A DNA stretch of 63,509 nucleotides, counting the filler, from Octopus bimaculoides (taxonomy: Eukaryota): assembly GCF_001194135.2 (NCBI RefSeq). It is 4 parts of 4 records of this genome, joined end to end, with 100 filler letters (N's around TTAATTAATTAA, not from the genome) between each part and the next. Parts side by side here need not be neighbours in the genome. Positions count along the whole stretch, not along the records: positions 40,224 to 63,509 come from NC_068995.1; 3 more parts are not named here. One strand, given 5' to 3'. The translations under genes were made by a program, and so were the position numbers. This document shows positions 52,103 through 63,509 of this stretch, piece after piece (the stretch's first letter is position 1; every line of letters begins with the position of its first letter). The notes beneath the pieces were generated by a model. The model made no database searches, was not told the origin of the DNA, and was given only the letters and a program-made list of their open reading frames with translations.

Positions 52103-52499
52103 GAACAAAAAATAAAAGAAAAAGAACGAAAAACACTGCCCAGAAGTTATGCGTCCGTTATTTGTAAAAGCGTGTAGCCTAGTGATTAGAATGTCTGTAT
52201 CATAATCGTTGGGTCAATGGGTTCAATCTTTGGATTGGGTGGCATGTTGCGTTCGTGATCAAAACATATCATTTCACGTTGCTCTCTTCTTCTCAAATGT
52301 GAGCAGCAGCAGCAGCAACCAGAATACTGGTTCAGCACATTCTTCTTTCACTGTCACATTCTTGATGCTCTGTTTGGTCAAGAGGGAGGGGGACTCGAAT
52401 CTAGTATCCCCGTATATCACCGCCTCGTTGATCTCGTCTTCATCTTAACCTCATTCTCCCTTTGTATTTTTACAAATAAATGCATTGAATATCCATAGG

Positions 52500-53260
52500 T
52501 ATCTAGGTCATTGAGAGCCACACTTGTTGCCGGTATACTGGGATGAACGGTACGAGCTTTCAGCCGATTAAATCGGCGTCATCTTACTCATATCAACAGT
52601 GGAATCCATTCATCTCTCCTCTGTCCATCTGTATTCTTCCGTTCAGTGTTAACTGTCAAAGCGCTCACTGATTTGCTGATATCTGTTCCACAAATGTCCC
52701 ATACTCCAAATTTACTGCCATCTCCTTTATGCAATACCTTTTGCTTCACGATTTTTGCGGTAAAGCCTCTGACTTACACATTAAGTCGGAGCAAATGCAT
52801 CACTTTTTCCTCTAATGTCATGGCCCCACAACCGATTGCAGACGCTGCACTTTCCTTCGAACCCTCGTCATTAGGCGAGCAACTAACCTTTGTCCCGCAC
52901 ACGACAGCCCACAGGCCGCATCTCCTTCGTCCTTACTTCATCCTGCGATCTGACTTCTTTAATTCTTAGTTTCCTCCAACTGCGTTTACCTCGTGTTTCA
53001 GAATCAAGAGCCGCTTGCATCAATCATCTTTCTCAACACTTTAATTTCACTCTTCACGTTATTTCGTCATTAATTCTACATCATTCCATTTACTTTATTG
53101 TAAACATGCTCAAAACTCAAAGCAACAGAGCCACCGTCTTTCTATGTTTTATACTCTCTCTCTCTTTCTCGCTGACGAAATTCACACTCCGAAACGTTAG
53201 GATCTTCACTCTTCACACAATCTTATGAATTCAACTGTTTTATGAACTCTTTTATATCCA
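52500..53260 (+). mobile_element. Decayed Penelope-like element remnant (RT C-terminal region plus hammerhead-bearing end)
   Basis: Frame-broken HLTHINS..DLLISV..VKPLT..HFFL*CHGP resembles PLE RT FLxxLN..FLDxxI..YRKPT..YLHxxSxHP. It is followed by a CTGACGA...GAAACGTT motif at 53172-53198. Confidence 0.45.
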
Positions 53261-53584
53261 CTAACTTCCTCTCATTTCTAAATTAACTTTTTGCTGTAAA
53301 AGTCCCTCTCTGCAAAATTAGGGACATTTTCTTTTCTAATATACCTTTAACATAATGGGATAACACGGTAAGCTCTATTGTTCAGTTAAATGCCAGTGGT
53401 TCTGATTTATTAGATGAGAGCTGAATGAGAGAAAGGAATTTATTAATCAGTAGAGATTCTGATACGGTGTGGATATCTGAATATACCTTATTTCCTTTCA
53501 CTTAGATTGTTAATAGCCTTAGGAAAGGAATGAATATTTTAACTAAAAATATTCTGGCCTTAATTTCCTGAGAGCGAGCGAGCG

Positions 53585-53654
<70 letters not shown>

Positions 53655-53956
53655 NNNNNNNNNNNNNNNNNNNNNNNNNNNNNNNNNNNNNNNNNNNNNN
53701 NNNNNNNNNNNNNNNNNNNNNNNNNNNNNNNNNNNNNNNNNNNNNNNNNNNNNNNNNNNNNNNNNNNNNNNNNNNNNNNNNNNNNNNNNNNNNNNNNNNN
53801 NNNNNNNNNNNNNNNNNNNNNNNNNNNNNNNNNNNNNNNNNNNNNNNNNNNNNNNNNNNNNNNNNNNNNNNNNNNNNNNNNNNNNNNNNNNNNNNNNNNN
53901 NNNNNNNNNNNNNNNNNNNNNNNNNNNNNNNNNNNNNNNNNNNNNNNNNNNNNNNN

Positions 53957-54016
<60 letters not shown>

Positions 54017-54649
54017 AACTGTTGAATAGTTATGAGAAAAGTAATGCAGCTTCGGCAAATAGAAAGGATAAAAACAAAATATTTATTTAATTATTTGATC
54101 AACGTATATAATAAAACGAAATAAAAGATACCATTTATATTTCCATTATACGACATACAATATAATCTATTTTGTATAAGCAAAGCTAAGAACAATGTTT
54201 TGGGTTAAAACCCAAGAAAATTAGAGCACGTGATTAGGAATTGGATTACACTTGAGAATAGATTAAAGAAACTAGAAATTGAATTGCGATAGATTAGTTT
54301 CGAATTATGTGCTGTTATTAACTTGGCTTTTAAGCTAAAACAATACCCACCGTAAGACTAAGTATGTCTATTTGCTTATATCTTATTTTATATGGAAACT
54401 GGTGAACAATAGCGTCGTTTACGCGACCACAAAACATTTCTAGATTGTGGTGGTGCATATCCATATCCTTTACCGATATTCATCGGCATGAGTTATGTGT
54501 ACAATGCTGTAATATAGAACCATTTGTTATTATTTTCTTTACAACTGACCCTGGCAGTTACTTTCTCATGCAGCCTCTGCAGGCAGTCGTGCCCATTCAT
54601 CTCGAACCGGACTCGTCGGGCATCAACAAGCCTGCAGCAGATGTGGACA

Positions 54650-54711
<62 letters not shown>

Positions 54712-56262
54712 GAATCTACGGTAAGAAAAAAATGATACTAAACTAGTAAATGGAAGGAAGTGTGCAGAGCTCAATCTAAATGTATAGAGTTTTCTATTTA
54801 TGATCCTTAGCGTTCTTTTGTCAGATTTCCCCTAGGCTCAAAGCTGCTCTTCTTCCTTTCTCCTTGATAAAATAAGAACTGGTAAGATGCTGGAAGAATG
54901 AAAGACAAAATGAACCTCTGCTGGATTGGAAACTACAACGTTTTGCCTGACATTCTGGCGAATCAAACACGCAAATTCCTACATTGTGACTTCTATCACT
55001 GGGCTAGTATTTGCACTGTTTGTAGCTACACAATAGCGGCAGCGAATATCACATTTTAAGTTACAGTAAAACTAGAAGCAGTAGGCCTATACAATCAATT
55101 CACAAACCCTAAACGTTAGATTTCCTTTGCTCACTGGAAACCAATTTTTTCCATTTTTGAACTGTTTGCACTCACTAATTGCTAATACAGAGCTTCATCA
55201 GATTCTTCAGATCTTACTGTTTATTCTACAGGCAAAGTTAACATTTGCCACTATTATAAACGAGTAAATTAAAACCTCTAAAGACTAGTGTTACATTAGC
55301 TGCTTCTGTGAGCAAATAAACTATAATGGTTATTAGTAAATTGGACGTTAACATAATGTGGTTGAACCAAATAATTTTTATCAAGTATAACTGCATCCAG
55401 AGTGGGAATAATGCAATCATTATCGCCATGGTGTTACTCAGGTTAAGAGAAGAGTTGGGAGCTCACTCTAGAATTTATTAAAATCAATTAAATATTTAAT
55501 GCAATGAAAGTCTGATATTTTGGAATACAGGGTACAACTTCCAGAATATTTAATTTTATTAGATTTTACTGCTCAGAGATTTTCGCTGGAAACACCTAAC
55601 TTCCCAGAAAAGGTCAAGTTGGTTCTATCCTATTGAAAGTAAAACCACACAGTTCACTCGCAAGCAAGTATGATTTCGTAACATGTACTATAATTTCATT
55701 AATTGCTTTGGGTGCATCTGTAGTTGTGATCTCGGCCCTCTCGGTCCTCTCACGCTCAACAGAGCTGAGCATTAAGGAAGTGAAAGCTGGAGAAAAGGCT
55801 ATCCACCAACGCCGGACTGTTGCTTAGCTGTATCTGAGCAGACAAGATGAAATCTTTGCACAGGAACTCAATACACCTTCCACTCCAGGAATTGAACTCA
55901 TCATCTTACGATAGTGAGGCAACAGTCTTACCACTCTGCTACGAGCCTTCACATATTTAATGTAGTAAAGAACATAATCCAGTTGAGTAGCTCAATGATT
56001 AATATTGCTCTAACCTGGTCTTGGTAAGTACGGTCGATACCTTGGAACATGTTTCGGTGTTACTAAACCTCCTTATTTACGCATTGTCTTTGCGTACTTG
56101 CCACTATTTGGATATACAAAAGTGTGCAATTACATACTGGGTGTCAACAGTTAGAAATATTGAGAAATAAATTGCTTAGACATACAAACAAGGATTATCG
56201 TGAAACTAGAAATAATATATTTCTAAATCTCTCAGAGACATTTATGTAGTAGCAGTACGATA

Positions 56263-56580
56263 AAGTGATAGCATGTTGTCAATTTAATGTGACAGTCCCA
56301 TAAAAGGGAAGAATGCTACTGTTATTTAGCCCTAGGAAACACCGATTCCTGTTGGATTTAACACATTTCCTGTGTCCTTACGTTTTCAAAGCAATGACTC
56401 TGAAACTAGACTCTGGATGCTGGTATTGCTGGGTGGAGGTGCTTGTCCTCACTTTAAAAAAACAAGGACACAGGAAATGTGTCAAGTCCAACAGGAAACG
56501 GTGTTTCCTAGGTCTAAATAACAGTAGCATTCTTCCCTTTTATGGGACTGTCACATTAAGTTGACAACATACTATCAATT
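56263..56580. mobile_element. Long-TIR MITE/foldback element flanked by TA
   Basis: Arms of about 115 bp (56266-56379 and 56464-56577) are reverse complements with only a few mismatches. TA lies at 56261-62 and 56581-82. Confidence 0.85.
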
Positions 56581-58634
56581 TAAGGATTATCGTAATCCTT
56601 ATCCCACTTTGAGATAGTGAGATCGAAGCAAGGTAATGTAACACAATATTTCCTTTGGCGTATAATCAACTTATACAAGTCTTACTTTCTATAACGATAT
56701 AAATTTGACTATAAACAAAAGATAATAATTATGTTGCGAATACCGTACAACAAACAAATCATGCAATACTATTCACAAAGAGTTAATTAAAATCAATGTT
56801 TTCTCATACAAATTTAGATCATGTGGTTTACGGAAATTTTCGTAATTATCTTGCAATATTTATAGGTGGAAAGAATATATAACACGTTGAATAGACTGTA
56901 TTCTCGCATAAATTAAATTTTTTGCTAATCTTCTTTCCTTTCTTTCTTTCTTTTACTTCATTTACTTTTACCATCTTCATAAGTGTTGTCTTGTTGTTGT
57001 TGTTGTTGTTGTTGCTGAGGTTGCTCTCATTATTATTCTTGCCGTAGTCGTTGTTGCTGATATTGTTATAATTGTTCATCATCATCGTCATCGTCATCAA
57101 AATCTTCTTCTTCTTCTTCTTCTTCTTCTTCTTCTTCTTCTTCTTCTTCTTCTTCTTCTTCTTCTTCTTCTTCTTCTTCTTCTTCTTCTTCTTCTTNNNN
57201 NNNNNNNNNNNNNNNNNNNNNNNNNNNNNNNNNNNNNNNNNNNNNNNNNNNNNNNNNNNNNNNNNNNNNNNNNNNNNNNNNNNNNNNNNNNNNNNNNNNN
57301 NNNNNNNNNNNNNNNNNNNNNNNNNNNNNNNNNNNNNNNNNNNNNNNNNNNNNNNNNNNNNNNNNNNNNNNNNNNNNNNNNNNNNNNNNNNNNNNNNNNN
57401 NNNNNNNNNNNNNNNNNNNNNNNNNNNNNNNNNNNNNNNNNNNNNNNNNNNNNNNNNNNNNNNNNNNNNNNNNNNNNNNNNNNNNNNNNNNNNNNNNNNN
57501 NNNNNNNNNNNNNNNNNNNNNNNNNNNNNNNNNNNNNNNNNNNNNNNNNNNNNNNNNNNNNNNNNNNNNNNNNNNNNNNNNNNNNNNNNNNNNNNNNNNN
57601 NNNNNNNNNNNNNNNNNNNNNNNNNNNNNNNNNNNNNNNNNNNNNNNNNNNNNNNNNNNNNNNNNNNNNNNNNNNNNNNNNNNNNNNNNNNNNNNNNNNN
57701 NNNNNNNNNNNNNNNNNNNNNNNNNNNNNNNNNNNNNNNNNNNNNNNNNNNNNNNNNNNNNNNNNNNNNNNNNNNNNNNNNNNNNNNNNNNNNNNNNNNN
57801 NNNNNNNNNNNNNNNNNNNNNNNNNNNNNNNNNNNNNNNNNNNNNNNNNNNNNNNNNNNNNNNNNNNNNNNNNNNNNNNNNNNNNNNNNNNNNNNNNNNN
57901 NNNNNNNNNNNNNNNNNNNNNNNNNNNNNNNNNNNNNNNNNNNNNNNNNNNNNNNNNNNNNNNNNNNNNNNNNNNNNNNNNNNNNNNNTATATATATATA
58001 TATATATTCGGAGATGAATCACTACGAAATTTTTCGGACGTTCTTAGTATTTTGCCAAGTACTGTCCTTCAAGCAACAAATAGCTGAATTTGTTGTTGTT
58101 GTTGCTTGAAAGGTCATTTTTAACAGGAAATTCTTGGTAACGATGTTGCAAATTGTCAGTGTCAAACGAATAAAATCCTACCACACATTTCAAGTGCGCC
58201 CGCACTACTCCCAGACACACACACAAATGCGCACATGCCGGTAGAAATGATAGAATCCAGATAGTTCATGTTACTAGTAGCTTCAAAATTACTTAAACTG
58301 GCTGGGATTGTTATCATGAGACTTATGTGATTTATACATTTGACTCGCAGAATGTGTAAGTCTCTTTGAGCACAAAGGAAATAATTACTATATCGATATT
58401 TGTCCATGCAAATGAATATATATGCATGTATGTATGTGCGAGCGTATGTATATCATAATAATCATAATCATTTGACGCTATATTTGTTTGCATTCCAAAC
58501 CCACACTTCACCCTCACATCCCCACACCCCAGCATACCACATCATACCACCATACACCACTCCACACACACTAACACTGACCACTTCCCAGCACTCGCGC
58601 CATCATCCACGCACCCACACATTACTGTCATACC

Positions 58635-58674
58635 GGCCATGACGAAGGGAAATAGCCCTGAAACTCGAGTCGCC
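58635..58674 (+). ncRNA. Minimal type-I hammerhead ribozyme motif (one-nt insertion in core)
   Basis: GGC CAUGACGA AGGG AAAUAG CCCU GAAA CUCGAG UC GCC: stem I GGC/GCC, 4-bp stem II, palindrome ACUCGAGU and a GUC cleavage triplet. Confidence 0.55.
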
Positions 58675-59204
58675 TTTATATATATATATTTATATTTATA
58701 TATTTATATATTTGATCCTTTATATTGAACACTCAATATTTCATCTACATTCAATACTTTATTTCATGGTGCCATCCATTTTTATTTTATTTTATATTAT
58801 ATATTGTATGTTATATTATATATTGTATATTCCATATTCTATACCNNNNNNNNNNNNNNNNNNNNNNNNNNNNNNNNNNNNNNNNNNNNNNNNNNNNNNN
58901 NNNNNNNNNNNNNNNNNNNNNNNNNNNNNNNNNNNNNNNNNNNNNNNNNNNNNNNNNNNNNNNNNNNNNNNNNNNNNNNNNNNNNNNNNNNNNNNNNNNN
59001 NNNNNNNNNNNNNNNNNNNNNNNNNNNNNNNNNNNNNNNNNNNNNNNNNNNNNNNNNNNNNNNNNNNNNNNNNNNNNNNNNNNNNNNNNNNNNNNNNNNN
59101 NNNNNNNNNNNNNNNNNNNNNNNNNNNNNNNNNNNNNNNNNNNNNNNNNNNNNNNNNNNNNNNNNNNNNNNNNNNNNNNNNNNNNNNNNNNNNNNNNNNN
59201 NNNN

Positions 59205-59249
<45 letters not shown>

Positions 59250-59846
59250 CCGCTCAGTGGGACTGAATCGCAAACCGTTGACTACGAAGCTAGGTTCTTA
59301 GCTAAACAGCCACGTCATTGCCTACATAGAAATATAAAAACCTACTAAAATTTTCGGCAATTAACCCTGGATCTTCGATCTCTCTTGAATCATAATCAAT
59401 AGTTATTATTCAGAGTATAAATTTAGTTTCTTTTTCTTATTTAGAATTTGTTGATAGAAAGCCATGTCTTTTTTAAAAATATTATTTTAATATTGTTAAA
59501 AATAGGGAAGGTTAATGCTTGAGTTCAGAATTTCGCATGCATTTTCTAATAAGTCGATTGTATGATTCAATATTTGATTTTAAGGAAGTCTTCATTTGAT
59601 TCTCTAGATCCCTTTCTTTTTTAACATCTCTTCCTACATGCGATCTCTTCTATTCACGGAAACTAAATTTCCATTCGCCTTTCGTGCTTCATTTCAATGT
59701 TTATATTTATAAAAGTTAACAGGGTTTGGAAAGATGTGAGGAGATCTTTGTCCTCCATGTAAACTTGAAAATAAAACATTCTGTATTGATATTAACATCG
59801 ACACTTTTCAATATTTCAATCATGTATGCTTGTATATATATACAAT

Positions 59847-59903
<57 letters not shown>

Positions 59904-60256
59904 AAACATATATGTACATTATATATATATATATATATATATATATCATTGATATGTATACATATACATGCATGTATAAAAGAGATATAAATCTCTATTT
60001 CAGAAATCATTCCAATAACGCACGTAATACATGCTACGATTTAGAGTTTATAAACATCTTATTCCAATGTAGGCCTTACATTATAATTATTCTGCTTTTG
60101 ATCCTGAATAGGATGACAAACAGATGAATTTAGCTGTATGGCGCATATTAAACAGAATTATGCATACATCGATACATACATACATACATACATACATACG
60201 TACATACATACATACATACATACATACATACATACATACATAGATATGTATGTATA

Positions 60257-60510
60257 TAGGCGCAGGAGTGGTTGTGTGGTAAGTAGCTTGCTCACCAACC
60301 ACATGGTTCCGGGTTCAGTCCCACTGCGTGGCATCTTGAGCAAGTGTCTTCTACTATAGCAACCGATGCTGGTGTGTTTATGTCCCCGTCACACTAGCTG
60401 TTCGGCAAAAGAGACTGATAGAATAAGTACAAAAGAATAAGTCCCGGGGTNNNNNNNNNNAAAAGCGGTGCTCCAGCATGGCCGCAGTCAAATGACTGAA
60501 ACAAGTAAAT
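60257..60510 (+). mobile_element. tRNA-headed SINE joined to the reverse of the tgactgcggcc family
   Basis: ggcgcaggagtggttgtgtggtaag..ggttccgggttcagtccc, followed by ctccagcatggccgcagtcaaatgactgaaac. Confidence 0.88.
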
Positions 60511-60532
60511 GAGGATAAAGAGAGTATATATC

Positions 60533-60617
<85 letters not shown>

Positions 60618-60899
60618 ATAATTCAGAATACTGCTGAAGAATTGTTAGTATTCTTAGAATGTCGGATAGAATACCTGGCGATGTTTGTTTCAACTCTCTA
60701 CGCTTTAAGTTAATATACGAGTGATATCAACACTATCTTTCATATTTTTATAATTTCAAAACACAAACCACCGCCGATCAGTGAATTATCGGAAGAGTTG
60801 TCAGGAGGCCATTGAGGCTAACTACTTTACATGTCCTAGAAGTTCAAGCTTATATGATAATAAGCTTATTCGGAAGGCAGATCGCAGGATGGGGAAGCC

Positions 60900-61800
60900 C
60901 ACTTCAGCATTCGGAATATTGAGAGAGCGACCGTAGAAATCCCACTATGTCTCTCCAAGGGAAGTATAAATATATAAAATATATATTGCTGTGAATGTCA
61001 GTGAGAGATATGGTCGAATATTTCATCGATTACTTTCAAGTATAATTAGTTCTGGAAACTAAGAACCGGAATTTGTTTAACTATACATTTATGATATGTT
61101 ATAGCAGCTGTATCGGCAGATGCAAATATCACAAACAGTGGGCAGAGATATCATGGGATTACCTCAATCAAAGTCGTTACAATCTAACATGTTTGTAACT
61201 CTATTTCAATATAATAGCAAGGAATACTTGGATAGTGTAAATACTAGAGAATTTTTAATGGTTATTCCTGGAAATAAACAGGTTCTTGGATTTGTATCCG
61301 AAGATAGAATCGGTCAACTGCAGAAGAAGTTGCGATAATTATGTCAGATACTAACTTGGAAATCCTACAACCAGAACGACTTATTACGCAACGTAAACAG
61401 AGTGTTGTAGAGAGATGCCTCACTTCAAACAATAAAATCTATTCATCCAAATTATGGCCCGCTGCAGTTTCCATAGCGATTTCCATTTGGTGATACAGGC
61501 GAGAAAGTTGGCTACGTGAAGACGATTGCAATTATCTTTACTACTCAAGTGATTTAGCACGAGAATACGACTGTGATACGTATTCTAAATTTGACAAAGC
61601 TGGATTTCCATGTATGAGGTCTAATCAAAAACAACTTTGAGCAGAAATGTATCAAACTATTTGTAATTATGTAGACTCAGAAGCTGTGAGCTATTAAAGA
61701 AAGAATAGTCATACGCTAACCTGCGCTGGAATCTCACGACTCCGTATCAATAGATTTAAAGTTGGGAAACGTTATTAACTTCAGCCGATCAGGATTAGGA
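60900..61800 (+). mobile_element. Decayed Helitron Rep N-terminal region
   Basis: Broken frames give FHRLLSS...PEFV*LYIYD, STAEEVAII, SLQTIKSIHPNYGPLQFP*RFPFGDTG and RSNQKQL*AEMYQ. These match Helitron Rep motifs (PxFAQLYIYD, PTADEVA, HPSYDPLQYPLLFPYGE, NQKxLRAELY). Confidence 0.75.
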
Positions 61801-62188
61801 AGAAATTATAAACGGATTGTTTCCAGGGAAAATGGCGGCTGATGGATGAAATTACGGATTTATTAAATAATGTAGTACAAAAAAAAAAAGAGAGATGTTA
61901 TAGAATAGAGATGTTGCAAGGCATATGTTCACGCATTGTCGTGCGTTAATTGCATTTTTAATAAATGCATTATAAGTTAGATCCCTAGGACATTTATAGG
62001 TTTTTATTTGTAGAACTACCGAATCTAGAAGCTCCACGAAAACTATTTCAAATGATTCATAAAGTTATGTTATATGGTCCATGTAGGTGATGGACCATCT
62101 ATAGATAATGCACCAAATATTGTTGATGACAAATGTAAAATTCAATATTTCAAAGATTCTTCTTGGCAATTACTGTCGAGAACACTAA

Positions 62189-62261
62189 CGGGCATATGGC
62201 GTAGTGGTTAAGAGCGCGGGCTACTAACCCCAAGATTCCGAGTTCGTTTCCAAGCAGTGAT

Positions 62262-62295
<34 letters not shown>

Positions 62296-62442
62296 TCGAA
62301 AAATACCTTAGAGAAGAGAACCCAAGTTCGAAATTTCCCCAAGACACCTGATGAAGGCTGGAGGATATATCATCCGAATCGTTGGGTTATCAACAAAGAA
62401 GATGAGTACAAATATCCGTCAAATGTAAATAATGTAAATAAT
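62189..62442 (+). mobile_element. tRNA-derived SINE with internal (AAT)n, a hammerhead motif and an AATGTAAAT tandem tail, inserted in the Helitron
   Basis: A box TGGCGTAGTGG, anticodon-like stem-loop GGG-CTACTAA-CCC, B-box-like AGTTCGTTTCC. CTGATGA at 62348-62354. Tail aaatgtaaataatgtaaataat. Confidence 0.75.
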
Positions 62443-62449
62443 AGAATAG

Positions 62450-63310
62450 TTAAAACACGAAAACGTATGAACTACGTCATGTCAATTAGCTTTTTTAGAG
62501 GAAATCTTGTAATTATCGTGGAGATTGTAATTAAAAGTGGCAACAGAAAGACTCTTGACACCAGTTTTAATAATTTATCATTAAGGGGACATCTCATTAT
62601 ATTGCATGTGACAATCAACATTCGACTAAAATCAAACCCAGAAAATGCAGAGGAATTAAAAAAATAAACTTGAATTCAACAACTTTTTCCTTCGTCTAGG
62701 AAATGGCGTTGAACCTAAAGAGAAAAAAGGGAGATATTAAGATTTCAGAGAAATCTAATAATGTTCGTAAGTTCTCAAACCTCAGCCTCAGTTTTTGAAA
62801 AAAGCAGCGTACAAAAAATGCATTCTTGTGTCTGAAAAGTCTCTAAAATAGGGATTTTAGCTCTAACAATTATCCTCGTCGAATTAATAAATGAAGAAAT
62901 ATTGAACCGTTTTCCGGGTGATGAAACGGTATTGTTCACTCATAATAACTGTTCTGATCAAGATGACACTTCCGAATTTACAACAGAATATTTAAAGACC
63001 CGAAACGCTTCTGGCTTGCCAACACACACATTAAAATTAAAAACTAATTCTATAGTGATTAATTCTACTACGTATAGACCGAGAAAATGCTAATGTGTAA
63101 TAATGCCCGTTTAATTATTCAACAAATTAGAATAAACATCATCACAGTAGGAATTACTACTCAGGGTCCACAACACAGGGAAATTGTATTTATTCCAAAA
63201 GGCGCCCTTTCTTCTGGAGGTGACAAATTTCCATTAACATTAATAAAAAAACAGTTTCTAATTAAATTAGCAAGGATAGTGGCAATAAATAAACGCCAAG
63301 AACAAAAAAA
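62450..63310 (+). mobile_element. Decayed Helitron PIF1-like helicase region
   Basis: INEEILNRFPGD...TEYLKTRNASGLPTHTLKLK, CNNARLII, VFIPK and KKQFLIKLARIVAINKRQEQ correspond to PIF1/Helitron motifs SGLPPHxLxLK, LCNGTRL, IPRI and RxQFPIRLAFAMTINKSQGQ. Frameshifted. Confidence 0.85.
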
Positions 63311-63509
63311 AAATTGTAAAGAAAGCATGAAAATGTGGTTAAGAAAATCGCTTTGCAGCCACGCAGTTTCAGATTCAATCCCACTGTGCGGCAAATTGGG
63401 AGAATGTTTTCTACAGTTACCCCTAGTTGACACAATACCATGTGAGTGAAATTAGTAGACGGAAACTAGAAAATCGTCTTATATGTATATGCATGTATAT
63501 ATATGTATA

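Noticed and set aside
5145-59348. Long ORFs in the supplied track containing X runs or CV/YI/HT/LS dipeptide repeats
   Set aside because: They arise from N gaps and microsatellites and have no protein-like content.

Overview
AT-rich, microsatellite- and SINE-dense animal genomic DNA with many assembly gaps. The repeat families suggest a coleoid cephalopod, most likely Octopus (inference). One host gene is well supported: a + strand Shisa-like single-pass membrane protein. Four exons (22321-22528, 26055-26245, 26837-27007, 31354-31438) have canonical AG/GT ends and splice in frame, giving a six-cysteine Shisa ectodomain, a TM helix with CWVCP, and a cytoplasmic tail. Its first (signal-peptide) exon and last exon are unresolved; candidates are given. 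The rest is mostly TE debris: several tRNA-derived SINE families, a 5'-truncated mariner transposase, a decayed Helitron Rep/helicase, an R4/Dong-like LINE 3' end, a LINE RT fragment, a Penelope-like remnant, and MITE/foldback elements. The most interesting unannotated signal is a recurring set of minimal type-I hammerhead ribozyme motifs with palindromic stem III (about nine motifs at eight loci, intact to decayed). One pair forms a bidirectional hairpin, and one motif sits inside a tRNA-headed SINE, suggesting a Pol III SINE that carries a Penelope-type ribozyme tail. Almost all ORFs in the supplied track are microsatellite or N-gap artefacts.
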